64,000 bases of DNA from Thermodesulfobacteriota bacterium (GTDB lineage: Bacteria > Desulfobacterota_D > UBA1144 > Nemesobacterales > JAJCZQ01): contig CBDBDR010000017.1 in the NCBI GenBank assembly GCA_965203965.1, forward strand, positions 378,801-442,800, in the 5' to 3' direction. The notes beneath the pieces are model-generated. The model had not been told where the DNA came from. It made no database searches and saw only the letters and a program-made list of their open reading frames with translations. Shown here piece by piece: positions 46,548-55,060 of the stretch. The position numbers and the translations under genes were made by a program. How positions within the stretch are numbered: position 1 is the stretch's first letter; each line of letters begins with the position of its first letter.

Positions 46548-47740
46548 ACTTCTTTCTCTTACTCAAAAATGACGGCATACCCGTTACGATCAAAGAGTAT
46601 TTAACCCTCCTTGAAGCTCTTGACGAGGACATTGTTGAATGCAGTGTGGATGATTTTTACTATCTTAGCCGTTCGGCATTGATCAAGCATGAACAGCACA
46701 TTGACAGGTTTGATCAACTCTTCGGACATTATTTTAAGGGCGTTGAACTGATCAGCAATGAAGAATTTATGAAAATACCCGAAGACTGGTTGAGAAGGAA
46801 CTTTGAGAATATGCTCAGCAAAGAAGAAAAAGAACTTATTAAGTCAATGGGCAACCTGGACGAGCTTATGGATCGTTTAAAGGAGATCATGGAAAAGCAA
46901 AAAGAAAGGCATCAGGGTGGTAATAAATGGCTTGGGACAGGTGGAACGTCTCCATTTGGTGCTTATGGTTACAATCCCGCGGGGATAAGGGTAGGGCAAG
47001 ATGGAAGCAGACACAGAAGAGCTGTAAAAGTGTGGGACAAAAGAGAGTTCAAAGACCTTGATGATTCGGTTGAGCTTCAGACAAGAAATATGAAAATGGC
47101 TCTTCGCCGTCTTCGCATTTTGACGCGTGAAGGACAAAAAGATGAAATTGATCTGGATAGAACAATTGATAAGACTTCTAAAAATGCCGGATTCCTTGAG
47201 CTTGAAATGGTTCCTGAAAAAAAGAACAACGTAAAAGTGGTCATGCTTTTTGATATAGGAGGTTCAATGGACGATCACATAGAGCTTTGTTCAAGGTTGT
47301 TTTCTGCAGCTAAATACGAGTTCAAACACATGGAGTTTTACTACTTCCATAACTGCGTTTACGAGAGGCTCTGGAAGGATAATGAAAGGCGGTGGCAGGA
47401 GCAGATACCTACGTTTGAGATACTTCATAAATACAATAGTGATTACAAATGTATCATCGTGGGGGACGCTTCAATGTCTCCATGGGAACTTGTGTATCCA
47501 AACGGCAGCGTGGAGCATCACAATGAGGAACCGGGTTTTCAATGGATGCAAAGGATCAAAGAGCATTTTCCATACACTGTATGGCTAAACCCCATTCCGG
47601 TAGAAGAATGGAAATGGACAGAAAGCATCGGTATGCTGAGAGAGTTCTTTGAAGACAGGATGTTTCCCTTGACGCTTGCAGGCATCAATGATGCTATTAG
47701 AGCCTTAAAAGATAAAAAAGTCAGATTTGAAAATAATTGA
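46538..47740 (+). CDS. VWA-domain protein (CoxE-like), MoxR partner
   Basis: HQGGNKWLGTGGTSPFG, MIDAS DIGGSM, YFHNC, VGDASM, WLNP. Confidence 0.9.
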   Translation: MFLDFFLLLKNDGIPVTIKEYLTLLEALDEDIVECSVDDFYYLSRSALIKHEQHIDRFDQLFGHYFKGVELISNEEFMKIPEDWLRRNFENMLSKEEKELIKSMGNLDELMDRLKEIMEKQKERHQGGNKWLGTGGTSPFGAYGYNPAGIRVGQDGSRHRRAVKVWDKREFKDLDDSVELQTRNMKMALRRLRILTREGQKDEIDLDRTIDKTSKNAGFLELEMVPEKKNNVKVVMLFDIGGSMDDHIELCSRLFSAAKYEFKHMEFYYFHNCVYERLWKDNERRWQEQIPTFEILHKYNSDYKCIIVGDASMSPWELVYPNGSVEHHNEEPGFQWMQRIKEHFPYTVWLNPIPVEEWKWTESIGMLREFFEDRMFPLTLAGINDAIRALKDKKVRFENN

Positions 47741-47759
47741 TAATCTGTTTAGACCAGTT

Positions 47760-49124
47760 CTACACGATCCCATACGAAAGCATAGAATCAGCAACTTTTA
47801 CAAAACCTGCAACGTTGGCACCCTTAATATAATCTATATATCCGTCTCCCTCATCACCATACTCCATACATTTCTGGTGAATATCTTCCATGATCTTTTT
47901 CAGTCTTGTATCCACTTCTTCACGCGGCCAGGAAAGACCGATCGCGTTCTGACTCTGCTCAAGTCCCGATACTGCAACACCTCCGGCGTTTGCAGCTTTA
48001 GACGGCCCGAACAGGATCTTCGCTTTTCTAAATTCATTTACTCCTTTAAGAACAGTGGGCATATTTGCAGCCTCGCTGACCGCAATAATTCCATTCTTTA
48101 ACATTGTTTTGGCTTCTTCATGGGATATTTCATTTTGTGTGGCGCTTGGGAACGCTACATCCCCAGACACTCCCCAAGGTCTTTCACCTTTGTAAAAAAT
48201 GACACCTTTGAATTTGTCTGCATATTCTGAGATCCTTCCTCTTTTCACTTCCTTCAGATCCTTTACAAACTCCAACTTTTCTTTGTCTATTCCATCCTTG
48301 TCATAAATAAAACCTGAAGAATCTGAAAGGGTTACAACTTTGGCACCCATCTCTATTGCTTTTTCAACCGTGTAGATCGCAACGTTGCCTGATCCTGAAA
48401 CAAGACAGGTTTTTCCCTTCATGCTGTCATTTTTGAGGTTTAGCATTTTTTCACAGAAATAAACACAGCCGTAACCAGTTGCTTCCTTTCTAACGAGACT
48501 TCCACCGAATGACAAACCTTTTCCTGTAAGAACTCCTTTGAACCTGTTCTCAATTCTTTTATACTGACCAAATAGATAACCGATCTCCCTGCCTCCGACG
48601 CCTATATCTCCAGCGGGAACGTCCGTGTCCTCACCAATGTGTCTGTGAAGTTCCGTCATCAATGATTGGCAAAAACGCATAACTTCTCTCTCGCTTTTAC
48701 CTTTTGGATCAAAATTTGAGCCTCCTTTACCACCACCCATTGGCAATCCAGTAAGGCTGTTTTTAAAGATCTGCTCAAAACCAAGGAACTTTAATATGCT
48801 TAATGTAACGGAAGGATGGAATCTCATTCCTCCCTTATATGGCCCTATGGAGTTATTGAAATGCACTCTCCATGCCTTGTTCACCTGTACGTCACCTTTA
48901 TCATCTTCCCAGCTTACCCTGAATGTTACCGTCTTATCGGGTTCTGTTATTCTCTCAAGTATCCGATTTTTTTTGTATTCTCTGTTCTGTAAAATAAAAG
49001 GCATAAGGTCGCTGATCACTTCTCGCACTGCCTGATGAAATTCAACTTCCCCGGGGTTTTTTTGTATCAGATCTCCCATAAAAATTTCTATTTCCTTGTG
49101 AGACTGGTCGGTTTTTGACATCAC
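47760..49124 (-). CDS. gdhA: NADP-specific glutamate dehydrogenase
   Basis: GPYKGGMRF, GGGKGG, DVPAGDIGVG, EATGYG, GSGNVA, KAANAGGV. Confidence 0.96.
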   Translation of the reverse strand: MMSKTDQSHKEIEIFMGDLIQKNPGEVEFHQAVREVISDLMPFILQNREYKKNRILERITEPDKTVTFRVSWEDDKGDVQVNKAWRVHFNNSIGPYKGGMRFHPSVTLSILKFLGFEQIFKNSLTGLPMGGGKGGSNFDPKGKSEREVMRFCQSLMTELHRHIGEDTDVPAGDIGVGGREIGYLFGQYKRIENRFKGVLTGKGLSFGGSLVRKEATGYGCVYFCEKMLNLKNDSMKGKTCLVSGSGNVAIYTVEKAIEMGAKVVTLSDSSGFIYDKDGIDKEKLEFVKDLKEVKRGRISEYADKFKGVIFYKGERPWGVSGDVAFPSATQNEISHEEAKTMLKNGIIAVSEAANMPTVLKGVNEFRKAKILFGPSKAANAGGVAVSGLEQSQNAIGLSWPREEVDTRLKKIMEDIHQKCMEYGDEGDGYIDYIKGANVAGFVKVADSMLSYGIV

Positions 49125-49187
49125 TCTTTCTCCTCAGACAATTTATATTTGTAATGCTTAACGATTTATATTCTAATATAATACTCA

Positions 49188-49985
49188 ATGATACACCGAC
49201 TGAACTATTTTATCATAGATGCGTTTGCGGAAATACCATTTACGGGTAATCCCGCAGCAGTAGTGATACTTGATAACGCAGTTCCCGATGCTTTGTTACA
49301 AAATATGGCTTCGGAGATCAATCTTTCTGAAACTGCATATTTACTTGAGCAAAACGGTATTTTTAATTTAAGGTGGTTTTCTCCGGTAACGGAAGTTGAC
49401 TTATGCGGTCATGCAACGCTGGCTTCCGCTCATATATTATGGGAAATGGATATATTAAACCAAGACCAGGAAGCAAGGTTTAATACTAAAAGTGGAGTTT
49501 TAACTGCCAGAAAAATTGGTGAGCATATTGAGATGGATTTTCCGATCGAGATGCCAATTACCACAAAGTGTCCGAGTGAGATCGTGGACGCACTAAAGGT
49601 TGAACCTATTTACACTGGTAAGAACAGATTTGATTATTTTGTTGAATTAAGATCAGAAGGTACTGTCAAGAGCATAAAACCGAATTTTGAAATTATTAAA
49701 AAGATAGAATGCAGGGGAATAATTGTTACAAGTAATGCTGAAAGCAACAATTATGATTTTATATCAAGATTTTTTGCTCCCCGCTTTGGTATACCTGAAG
49801 ACCCAGTTACCGGATCAGCCCATTGTGCTTTAGGTCCATATTGGAGTAAAAAAATGGGAAAAACCGAGTTGATCGGTTATCAAGCATCCAAGAGGGGTGG
49901 AATTGTAAAAGTATCAGTTAGAGAAAAAAAGGTTATATTGAGTGGAAAAGCATTAACTGTTGCAAAAGGGAAGTTTATTGTTTGA
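49188..49985 (+). CDS. PhzF family protein
   Basis: DAF...FTGNPAAV, SETA, EVDLCGHATLA, EDPVTGSAH. Confidence 0.92.
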   Translation: MIHRLNYFIIDAFAEIPFTGNPAAVVILDNAVPDALLQNMASEINLSETAYLLEQNGIFNLRWFSPVTEVDLCGHATLASAHILWEMDILNQDQEARFNTKSGVLTARKIGEHIEMDFPIEMPITTKCPSEIVDALKVEPIYTGKNRFDYFVELRSEGTVKSIKPNFEIIKKIECRGIIVTSNAESNNYDFISRFFAPRFGIPEDPVTGSAHCALGPYWSKKMGKTELIGYQASKRGGIVKVSVREKKVILSGKALTVAKGKFIV

Positions 49986-50038
49986 AATCTGGATTTTTTA
50001 CAGATAATTTAATAGCCGGATTTTACGCTCTTTAAGTT

Positions 50039-50113
50039 GGCGACGTAGCCAAGTGGTAAGGCAACGGTCTGCAAAACCGTAATACCCCGGTTCGAATCCG
50101 GGCGTCGCCTCCA
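50039..50113 (+). tRNA. tRNA-Cys (GCA)
   Basis: Acceptor stem GGCGACG/CGTCGCC, anticodon GCA at 50071-50073, GTTCGAATC T-loop, encoded CCA. Confidence 0.96.
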
Positions 50114-50130
50114 ACCATTAAGATAGAGTT

Positions 50131-50214
50131 GCCCGGGTGGCGGAATTGGTAGACGCAAGGGACTTAAAATCCCTCGGGAGAAATCCCGTGCCGGTTCGAG
50201 TCCGGCCCTGGGCA
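50131..50214 (+). tRNA. tRNA-Leu (TAA)
   Basis: Acceptor stem GCCCGGG/CCTGGGC, anticodon stem AGGGA/TCCCT with TAA at 50165-50167, long variable arm, GTTCGAGTC; CCA not encoded. Confidence 0.95.
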
Positions 50215-50459
50215 TAGAAGTAAAAATGTGAGACACTCAGCCTATCAGTCATGTGTGCCCTCCGCATCTTTGTAATCAATTTTGAAATGCACCGCAAAAT
50301 AATTTTTAGTGTAGGAAACTATGTCATCGCATTCTTCAAGAAAACTGGCAAACTGAAACTCAAAGCGGCTATCGCCGACAACTTTATTGAACAAACTCTT
50401 TTTAGGAACAATAAAGCCCTGTTCCTTAAAGACAAACGATCTTGATTTGCTGATTTTAT

Positions 50460-50648
50460 AATGATTGTTTTTATTGCTTGCAGTTCTGACAAATTCTGCA
50501 AGATATTCAAGTTTTCTAAATCAACTTTCTTGTCAGAAAGAAAATTAATTACTAAATTTTTTTACTTTTTCATACAAAATATCATACCCACCAACCAAGC
50601 GAAACTCTTTTCTGATTATTTGCATGAAGTAGCCGAAAACCTTAAAAT
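50460..50648 (-). pseudogene. probable internal fragment of a type III restriction (Res) subunit
   Basis: Two frames joined near an A7 run (50557-50563) give VFGYFMQIIRKEFRLVGGYDILYEKVK...KVDLENLNILQNLSELQAIKTII, which resembles, from recall, a Res-subunit segment; no start, frameshifted. Confidence 0.4.
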
Positions 50649-50674
50649 TAGGATTTACCTGCCATAAGCTATAT

Positions 50675-51511
50675 TCAATGTTGTGCCACGTTATTTTTGA
50701 ATTCAGGGTAATTTGCAAGCAATTCTTCGAGTCTCTCTTGTTCGTCTTCGCCAAAATTATTCACAGAATAGATTTCTTCTCCATTTGGTCCGTCTAATTG
50801 CCTTACTTCAACAGTCAGAATCGCATCTTTAGGAGCATTTACTTTTCCCCAATCACTAAACATATTAGGTGCTAAATACCAAGTAACTTCTTCACCTGGT
50901 TCGAGTCCGCCTGAAATTTCATAGCTGAAATAGTCCTTTATCCACGGTACACTTCTATCTGGACTTGCTAATATTCCTGTAAAATAAACTCTTGAAACAG
51001 CTTTATCTGTCCCGTTTACTACAGTAAGTTCTATAATTGGTTTTTCTCTTACGTAGTATGTTCCTTTTTTTCGTTTATAGAATCGAGAGCGTTTCACTTC
51101 AAATTTAGTAAGCATTTTTTTGTCTTTTTCTGCTTGTTCCATTTTCTGATAAAGTTCTTCAATCTCGCCTTTTGCTTGTTCTTTCTTTTTTCTTTCGATT
51201 TCAACTTGGATTTTCTCGCCTTCTTCGATAATGTCATCAGCGGTTTTACCGTCAAGTTTGAATTTCATATCCGAAACTGTTTCTTCTGTACCGCCTTCTT
51301 GCATTAATTTTCTAAAATCAAGTCCGTGAAACACAATCAGTTTCATTGACTCTTCAAATTTTTCCTTTTTTTCAGCATCTAACGATTTCTTAATTTTTTC
51401 AATTGACGATTTCATTGCTTCTTCACTTGAACCGTCTATTTCCTTAGTACAAGAAGAAAGAAGAATTACGATTACTCCTAAAAAGAATGTCATTTTTTTC
51501 ATAATTGTCAT
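50675..51511 (-). CDS. putative lipoprotein (DUF6694-like N-terminus)
   Basis: MKK + hydrophobic + LLSSC lipobox; IDGSSEEAMKSSIEKIKKSL; C-terminal beta domain (GGLEPGE..W.LAPNMF). Confidence 0.75.
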   Translation of the reverse strand: MTIMKKMTFFLGVIVILLSSCTKEIDGSSEEAMKSSIEKIKKSLDAEKKEKFEESMKLIVFHGLDFRKLMQEGGTEETVSDMKFKLDGKTADDIIEEGEKIQVEIERKKKEQAKGEIEELYQKMEQAEKDKKMLTKFEVKRSRFYKRKKGTYYVREKPIIELTVVNGTDKAVSRVYFTGILASPDRSVPWIKDYFSYEISGGLEPGEEVTWYLAPNMFSDWGKVNAPKDAILTVEVRQLDGPNGEEIYSVNNFGEDEQERLEELLANYPEFKNNVAQH

Positions 51512-51865
51512 TTTTAATTGTTAATGTTTTTTAATATAGTAGAACGGTCTGAATAAACACTGTTTTAATAGTCTTTATTCTGTGTTAATTAATTGTATTT
51601 CTGCATTTACTTTTTCAATTGTATCAAATGTGAATTTTTCTTACCATGAAAAAAATAGAAATTGTTGATATACTTTGAAGTCTTTAAAATGTTTCAGGAT
51701 TAAAGTAATTGTATCTACTTCTGAAAGATTATTAAAACTTAGATTTGAATTCTTTTTAAACACAAACTCTTTATAGGTTTTACTTGATGCAAAGAGCAAC
51801 ACTGTTTTTTTGCTATAGTCTTAATTTTTCTAATGTGTTTGGTCATGCCTTAAAGCTTTCTATTA

Positions 51866-51940
51866 CAGTTAAGGGGGTCTGTGCATGGTGTCGTGTAGCT
51901 ATTCCACAAGGTAGCTTATAACACCTTGTTAAGCATAGTA
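51866..51940 (-). other. degenerate attC-like cassette recombination site
   Basis: Minus strand starts ACTATGCTTAAC (RYYYAAC) right after a stop codon; inner inverted repeats GGTGT/ACACC and AGCTA/TAGCT; distal GTTRRRY box decayed. Confidence 0.4.
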
Positions 51941-52019
51941 TTATTCATCATTATATTTCGCTTCACATTCATCACAGGTTTCTGTCCCGTTGGAGTCAAG
52001 GTCAGATTCGTATTATTCC

Positions 52020-53276
52020 TCAAAAAAAGTCAAATGTGAGATAAAATGACTCCAAAAGTTCTGCTCCATCAAGTTCTGTCTCATTATAATTGTGAATACC
52101 CATAGGATATTCCCAAACATTAAATGAAGCTGCTATTTTATTTCCGCAATCACAATTGAAATATTCGATAGCCTCATAATGACTTTCAGTGCCTATTTCT
52201 CTCTCATATCTGTCTATGCATTCAAATCTCAAGTCAAAATCAGATTCGTGGTATGAATGGATTTTACCACAACTATTACACTCGAATTCTAAATATTCAC
52301 CTTTGAGGTCTTTAGTGTTCAAGGACAAGGATTGGGTGATCTTTTGAATAGTTTGCTTGTCTATTTTGGCTTCAAGGTATTCGTTAGCATAATATAAGAA
52401 TTGAGGCAAATTATACATCCAAAACTCTACTTTAGAGAAGTCCTTGATTTCTTTTATCAATTCTTCTCTAGGTCTTAAAATTCTATCTTCAGTAGCTTTA
52501 GGGTCTAAATAACACCAATCTTCATCCTTCTTAATATCATCTGTGATAAAAACTATTGGTAAATTCTTTTCCTTAGAATAATCTAAAATTTGATTCCAAA
52601 TTATCAAGTCACCAAAAATCTGAGTCCCCTTCTTTTTTTTATCTCCATACCCTGGTGGTATTTTAAACTCATATCTATGTTTACCCTCTTTGGTTATTTC
52701 TAGAACCCTATTAAATGTATATTCGTCTCCAACTTGAAAGTAGTCTTCAAAAGCTTTTAGAACATCATCGTTGTCCTTTACATCTATAATCTCTTTCTCA
52801 ACCTTTTTTACCTTTTCTAAAATGGATTCTTCAAATTTCTTTAGTTTTTTCTTAAAATCCTCGGATTGCGTTTTTATTAAATCGATTTCAGTTTGGTCAA
52901 TATTAGGGTGTTTGTCATCCTTAATAGTTTCACGAGAGATTTCTTCAATACGTTTGTGTATATCTAAGGAAAAAGATTTTCCTAAATTCTGGATTTTTGA
53001 TTTTAGAGGATCGTAATTCTCTAAAATTGGTTTTCCAATGGTTTTCTCTCGGTTCTTTAAAAACTCAAATTCAACATGAGATGGAATCCATAATCTTTCA
53101 GATAATTCCTTGAAAACTTTTTTGTAAATTTCATCTCTTGTCTGATTTGGCAGAAAATAGAAATCAAGAATCGCTGAAGAATCAAATACGAAAATAGCAG
53201 TTTCCCATAGTCGCTTCTCCTTCTCAGGATTTATGAAATAAGGGTCAATATTTTCTTTCTTCATTTCCATGCCCAT
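52020..53276 (-). CDS. PIN-like domain (PIN_8-type) putative nuclease with Cys-rich C-terminal domain
   Basis: IFVFDSSAILDFY, LWIPSHVEFEFLKNR, PPGYGD..K...GDLIIW, FITDDIKKDEDW; C-terminal CNSC...CDC; start moved to ATG 53276 to avoid ilvE overlap. Confidence 0.8.
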   Translation of the reverse strand: MGMEMKKENIDPYFINPEKEKRLWETAIFVFDSSAILDFYFLPNQTRDEIYKKVFKELSERLWIPSHVEFEFLKNREKTIGKPILENYDPLKSKIQNLGKSFSLDIHKRIEEISRETIKDDKHPNIDQTEIDLIKTQSEDFKKKLKKFEESILEKVKKVEKEIIDVKDNDDVLKAFEDYFQVGDEYTFNRVLEITKEGKHRYEFKIPPGYGDKKKKGTQIFGDLIIWNQILDYSKEKNLPIVFITDDIKKDEDWCYLDPKATEDRILRPREELIKEIKDFSKVEFWMYNLPQFLYYANEYLEAKIDKQTIQKITQSLSLNTKDLKGEYLEFECNSCGKIHSYHESDFDLRFECIDRYEREIGTESHYEAIEYFNCDCGNKIAASFNVWEYPMGIHNYNETELDGAELLESFYLTFDFF

Positions 53277-53280
53277 CAAT

Positions 53281-54198
53281 TTACAAATACTCAAGCCATT
53301 TTGAATATTTCTCACTCTTTCCGTGAACAATCTCAAAAAAAGTTGACTGTAGATCTTTTGTTATCTTTCCGGGTTTGCCCGTGCCGATCATGCGGAAATC
53401 AACTTCTCTTATGGGAGTAATTTCAGCCGCTGTGCCAGTAAGAAAAACTTCATCGGATATGTAAAGCTCATCCCTTGTAAATCTCTCTTCAACTACTCTG
53501 TAATTTTTATCCTTTGCTATCTGTATAATGCAGTTTCTTGTAAGTCCTTCTAAAATTGAGGTTAAAGGCGGGGTTTTTATAATGTTTTTCCTGACTATAA
53601 AAATATTCTCGCCGCTACCTTCAGCCAAATATCCTTCGTTATCAAGTAGCAATCCTTCGTCAAAACCCAGTTTTGTTGCTTCCACTTTTGCAAAAATTGA
53701 ATTAACGTAATTACCGGAAATTTTTGCCTTGGTCATAAAAGAATTCACACCCATTCTGGTAAAAGACGAAACTTTGGTTCTGATACCTTTATTGATCCCA
53801 TCCTCTCCAAGATATTTTCCCCATGACCACGCAGCTATTGCCAATCTGATAGGATTGTCCTTAGGGTGAACTCCAAAGCTCCCGTTGCCTATGAATATTA
53901 GGGGTCTTATGTATGCTTCGTCCAGCTTGTTTCTATTTAACAACTCTTTAATTACGAGCTTAACTTCTTCCTCATCGTAGGGAATTTTTATTCCAGCTAT
54001 ATGGCAGGATTTGTAAAGACGATCAATATGCTCATCCATTAGGAAGATAGCCGTCTTGCCATTATCACATTTATAGGCACGTAATCCTTCAAAAACTCCT
54101 AAACCATAATGCAGAGTGTGCGTGAGAACGTGAACATTTGCTTCTGACCAAGGAACAAATTTACCATCCAACCATATTAATTCGGGGTGATCTGACAT
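53281..54198 (-). CDS. ilvE: branched-chain amino acid aminotransferase
   Basis: LHYGLGVFEG, YIRPL, AKISGNY, EGSGENIF, ILEGLTR, GTAAEITP. Confidence 0.96.
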   Translation of the reverse strand: MSDHPELIWLDGKFVPWSEANVHVLTHTLHYGLGVFEGLRAYKCDNGKTAIFLMDEHIDRLYKSCHIAGIKIPYDEEEVKLVIKELLNRNKLDEAYIRPLIFIGNGSFGVHPKDNPIRLAIAAWSWGKYLGEDGINKGIRTKVSSFTRMGVNSFMTKAKISGNYVNSIFAKVEATKLGFDEGLLLDNEGYLAEGSGENIFIVRKNIIKTPPLTSILEGLTRNCIIQIAKDKNYRVVEERFTRDELYISDEVFLTGTAAEITPIREVDFRMIGTGKPGKITKDLQSTFFEIVHGKSEKYSKWLEYL

Positions 54199-54286
54199 TA
54201 AATCTCCAAGCTGTGTATGGGTTTTTCAGAAAGGGAAATACTGCAATTTTAGAAAAAAATGTCAAGTAACAAGCCAGAAAGAAGAC

Positions 54287-54952
54287 TTAATTGATCTCAA
54301 TATCGTCGGCATTGACGTTGCTACAGTCAGTGCCACTACACATACCTTCTATGAGTAATTCCTGTCCGTCTGTGATCTCTTCACAATCTATATTATCTTC
54401 TCCCCTCATAATATCAGTTGAACCATCTATCTGCACAAGAACTGAGTTATCGTCGCTGTCATCTATTTCTACGGTAATAGTGTCTCTGTCACAGTCTTTT
54501 TCAGTAACGTCTCCTGTGAACTCAATTAAAATATCTTCGAGATTTTCTACCATGCCGTTATTTATTTCTATTTCTCCAAGATCTAGTTTGAAACCTGGAA
54601 AAATATTAAGTCGCAGTCTTGCAAGGATACGATCATTATCCTCTGTGTCTTGATCCTCTGTATCTTGAAATTGTATTTCTGTATTACCTGATATATCTCC
54701 TTCTACGCTAAAAACCCCATTTGACCCTGTGGTGCTGCTTAACTCTCCAATAGCAACTCGTATTCCTTCTACAGAGTCACTGGCTCTGGGTGGAACAATT
54801 CCTGTTATTTCTCCCTTTACTTCTACTTCACCTCTATTGCTTCTGTTATTTCCATCTCCATCTCCATCTCCAAGTTCTAATTCACATCCACCGACACCGA
54901 CAGTGAAGAATATTATTAAACTAAGTAATATAAAGGTGCTGTATATTTTCAT
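54287..54952 (-). CDS. acidic putative lipoprotein (DUF5666-like beta domains)
   Basis: MKIYST + hydrophobic + VGGC lipobox; very Asp/Glu-rich; ATG 54952 preferred. Confidence 0.65.
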   Translation of the reverse strand: MKIYSTFILLSLIIFFTVGVGGCELELGDGDGDGNNRSNRGEVEVKGEITGIVPPRASDSVEGIRVAIGELSSTTGSNGVFSVEGDISGNTEIQFQDTEDQDTEDNDRILARLRLNIFPGFKLDLGEIEINNGMVENLEDILIEFTGDVTEKDCDRDTITVEIDDSDDNSVLVQIDGSTDIMRGEDNIDCEEITDGQELLIEGMCSGTDCSNVNADDIEIN

Positions 54953-55060
54953 TATCGTAACTATAATACCAATTCTTAATTTATTTTGCAGGTTGTATAA
55001 TAACAACTGTCAACATTGTATCAGGTTTTAAGTTGATCGGTTATTTATTTGTTAAATTTT

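Noticed and set aside
47727-48101. 124-aa plus-strand ORF following the VWA gene
   Set aside because: Lies antisense within gdhA; no recognisable motif
50009-50236. 75-aa minus-strand ORF
   Set aside because: Antisense shadow of tRNA-Cys and tRNA-Leu
50251-50667. Short plus-strand ORFs after tRNA-Leu
   Set aside because: No motifs; better explained as the reverse of a decayed minus-strand fragment
50131-53280. Intact tRNA-integrated element with att duplication
   Set aside because: No integrase, and no repeat of the tRNA 3' end was found by eye
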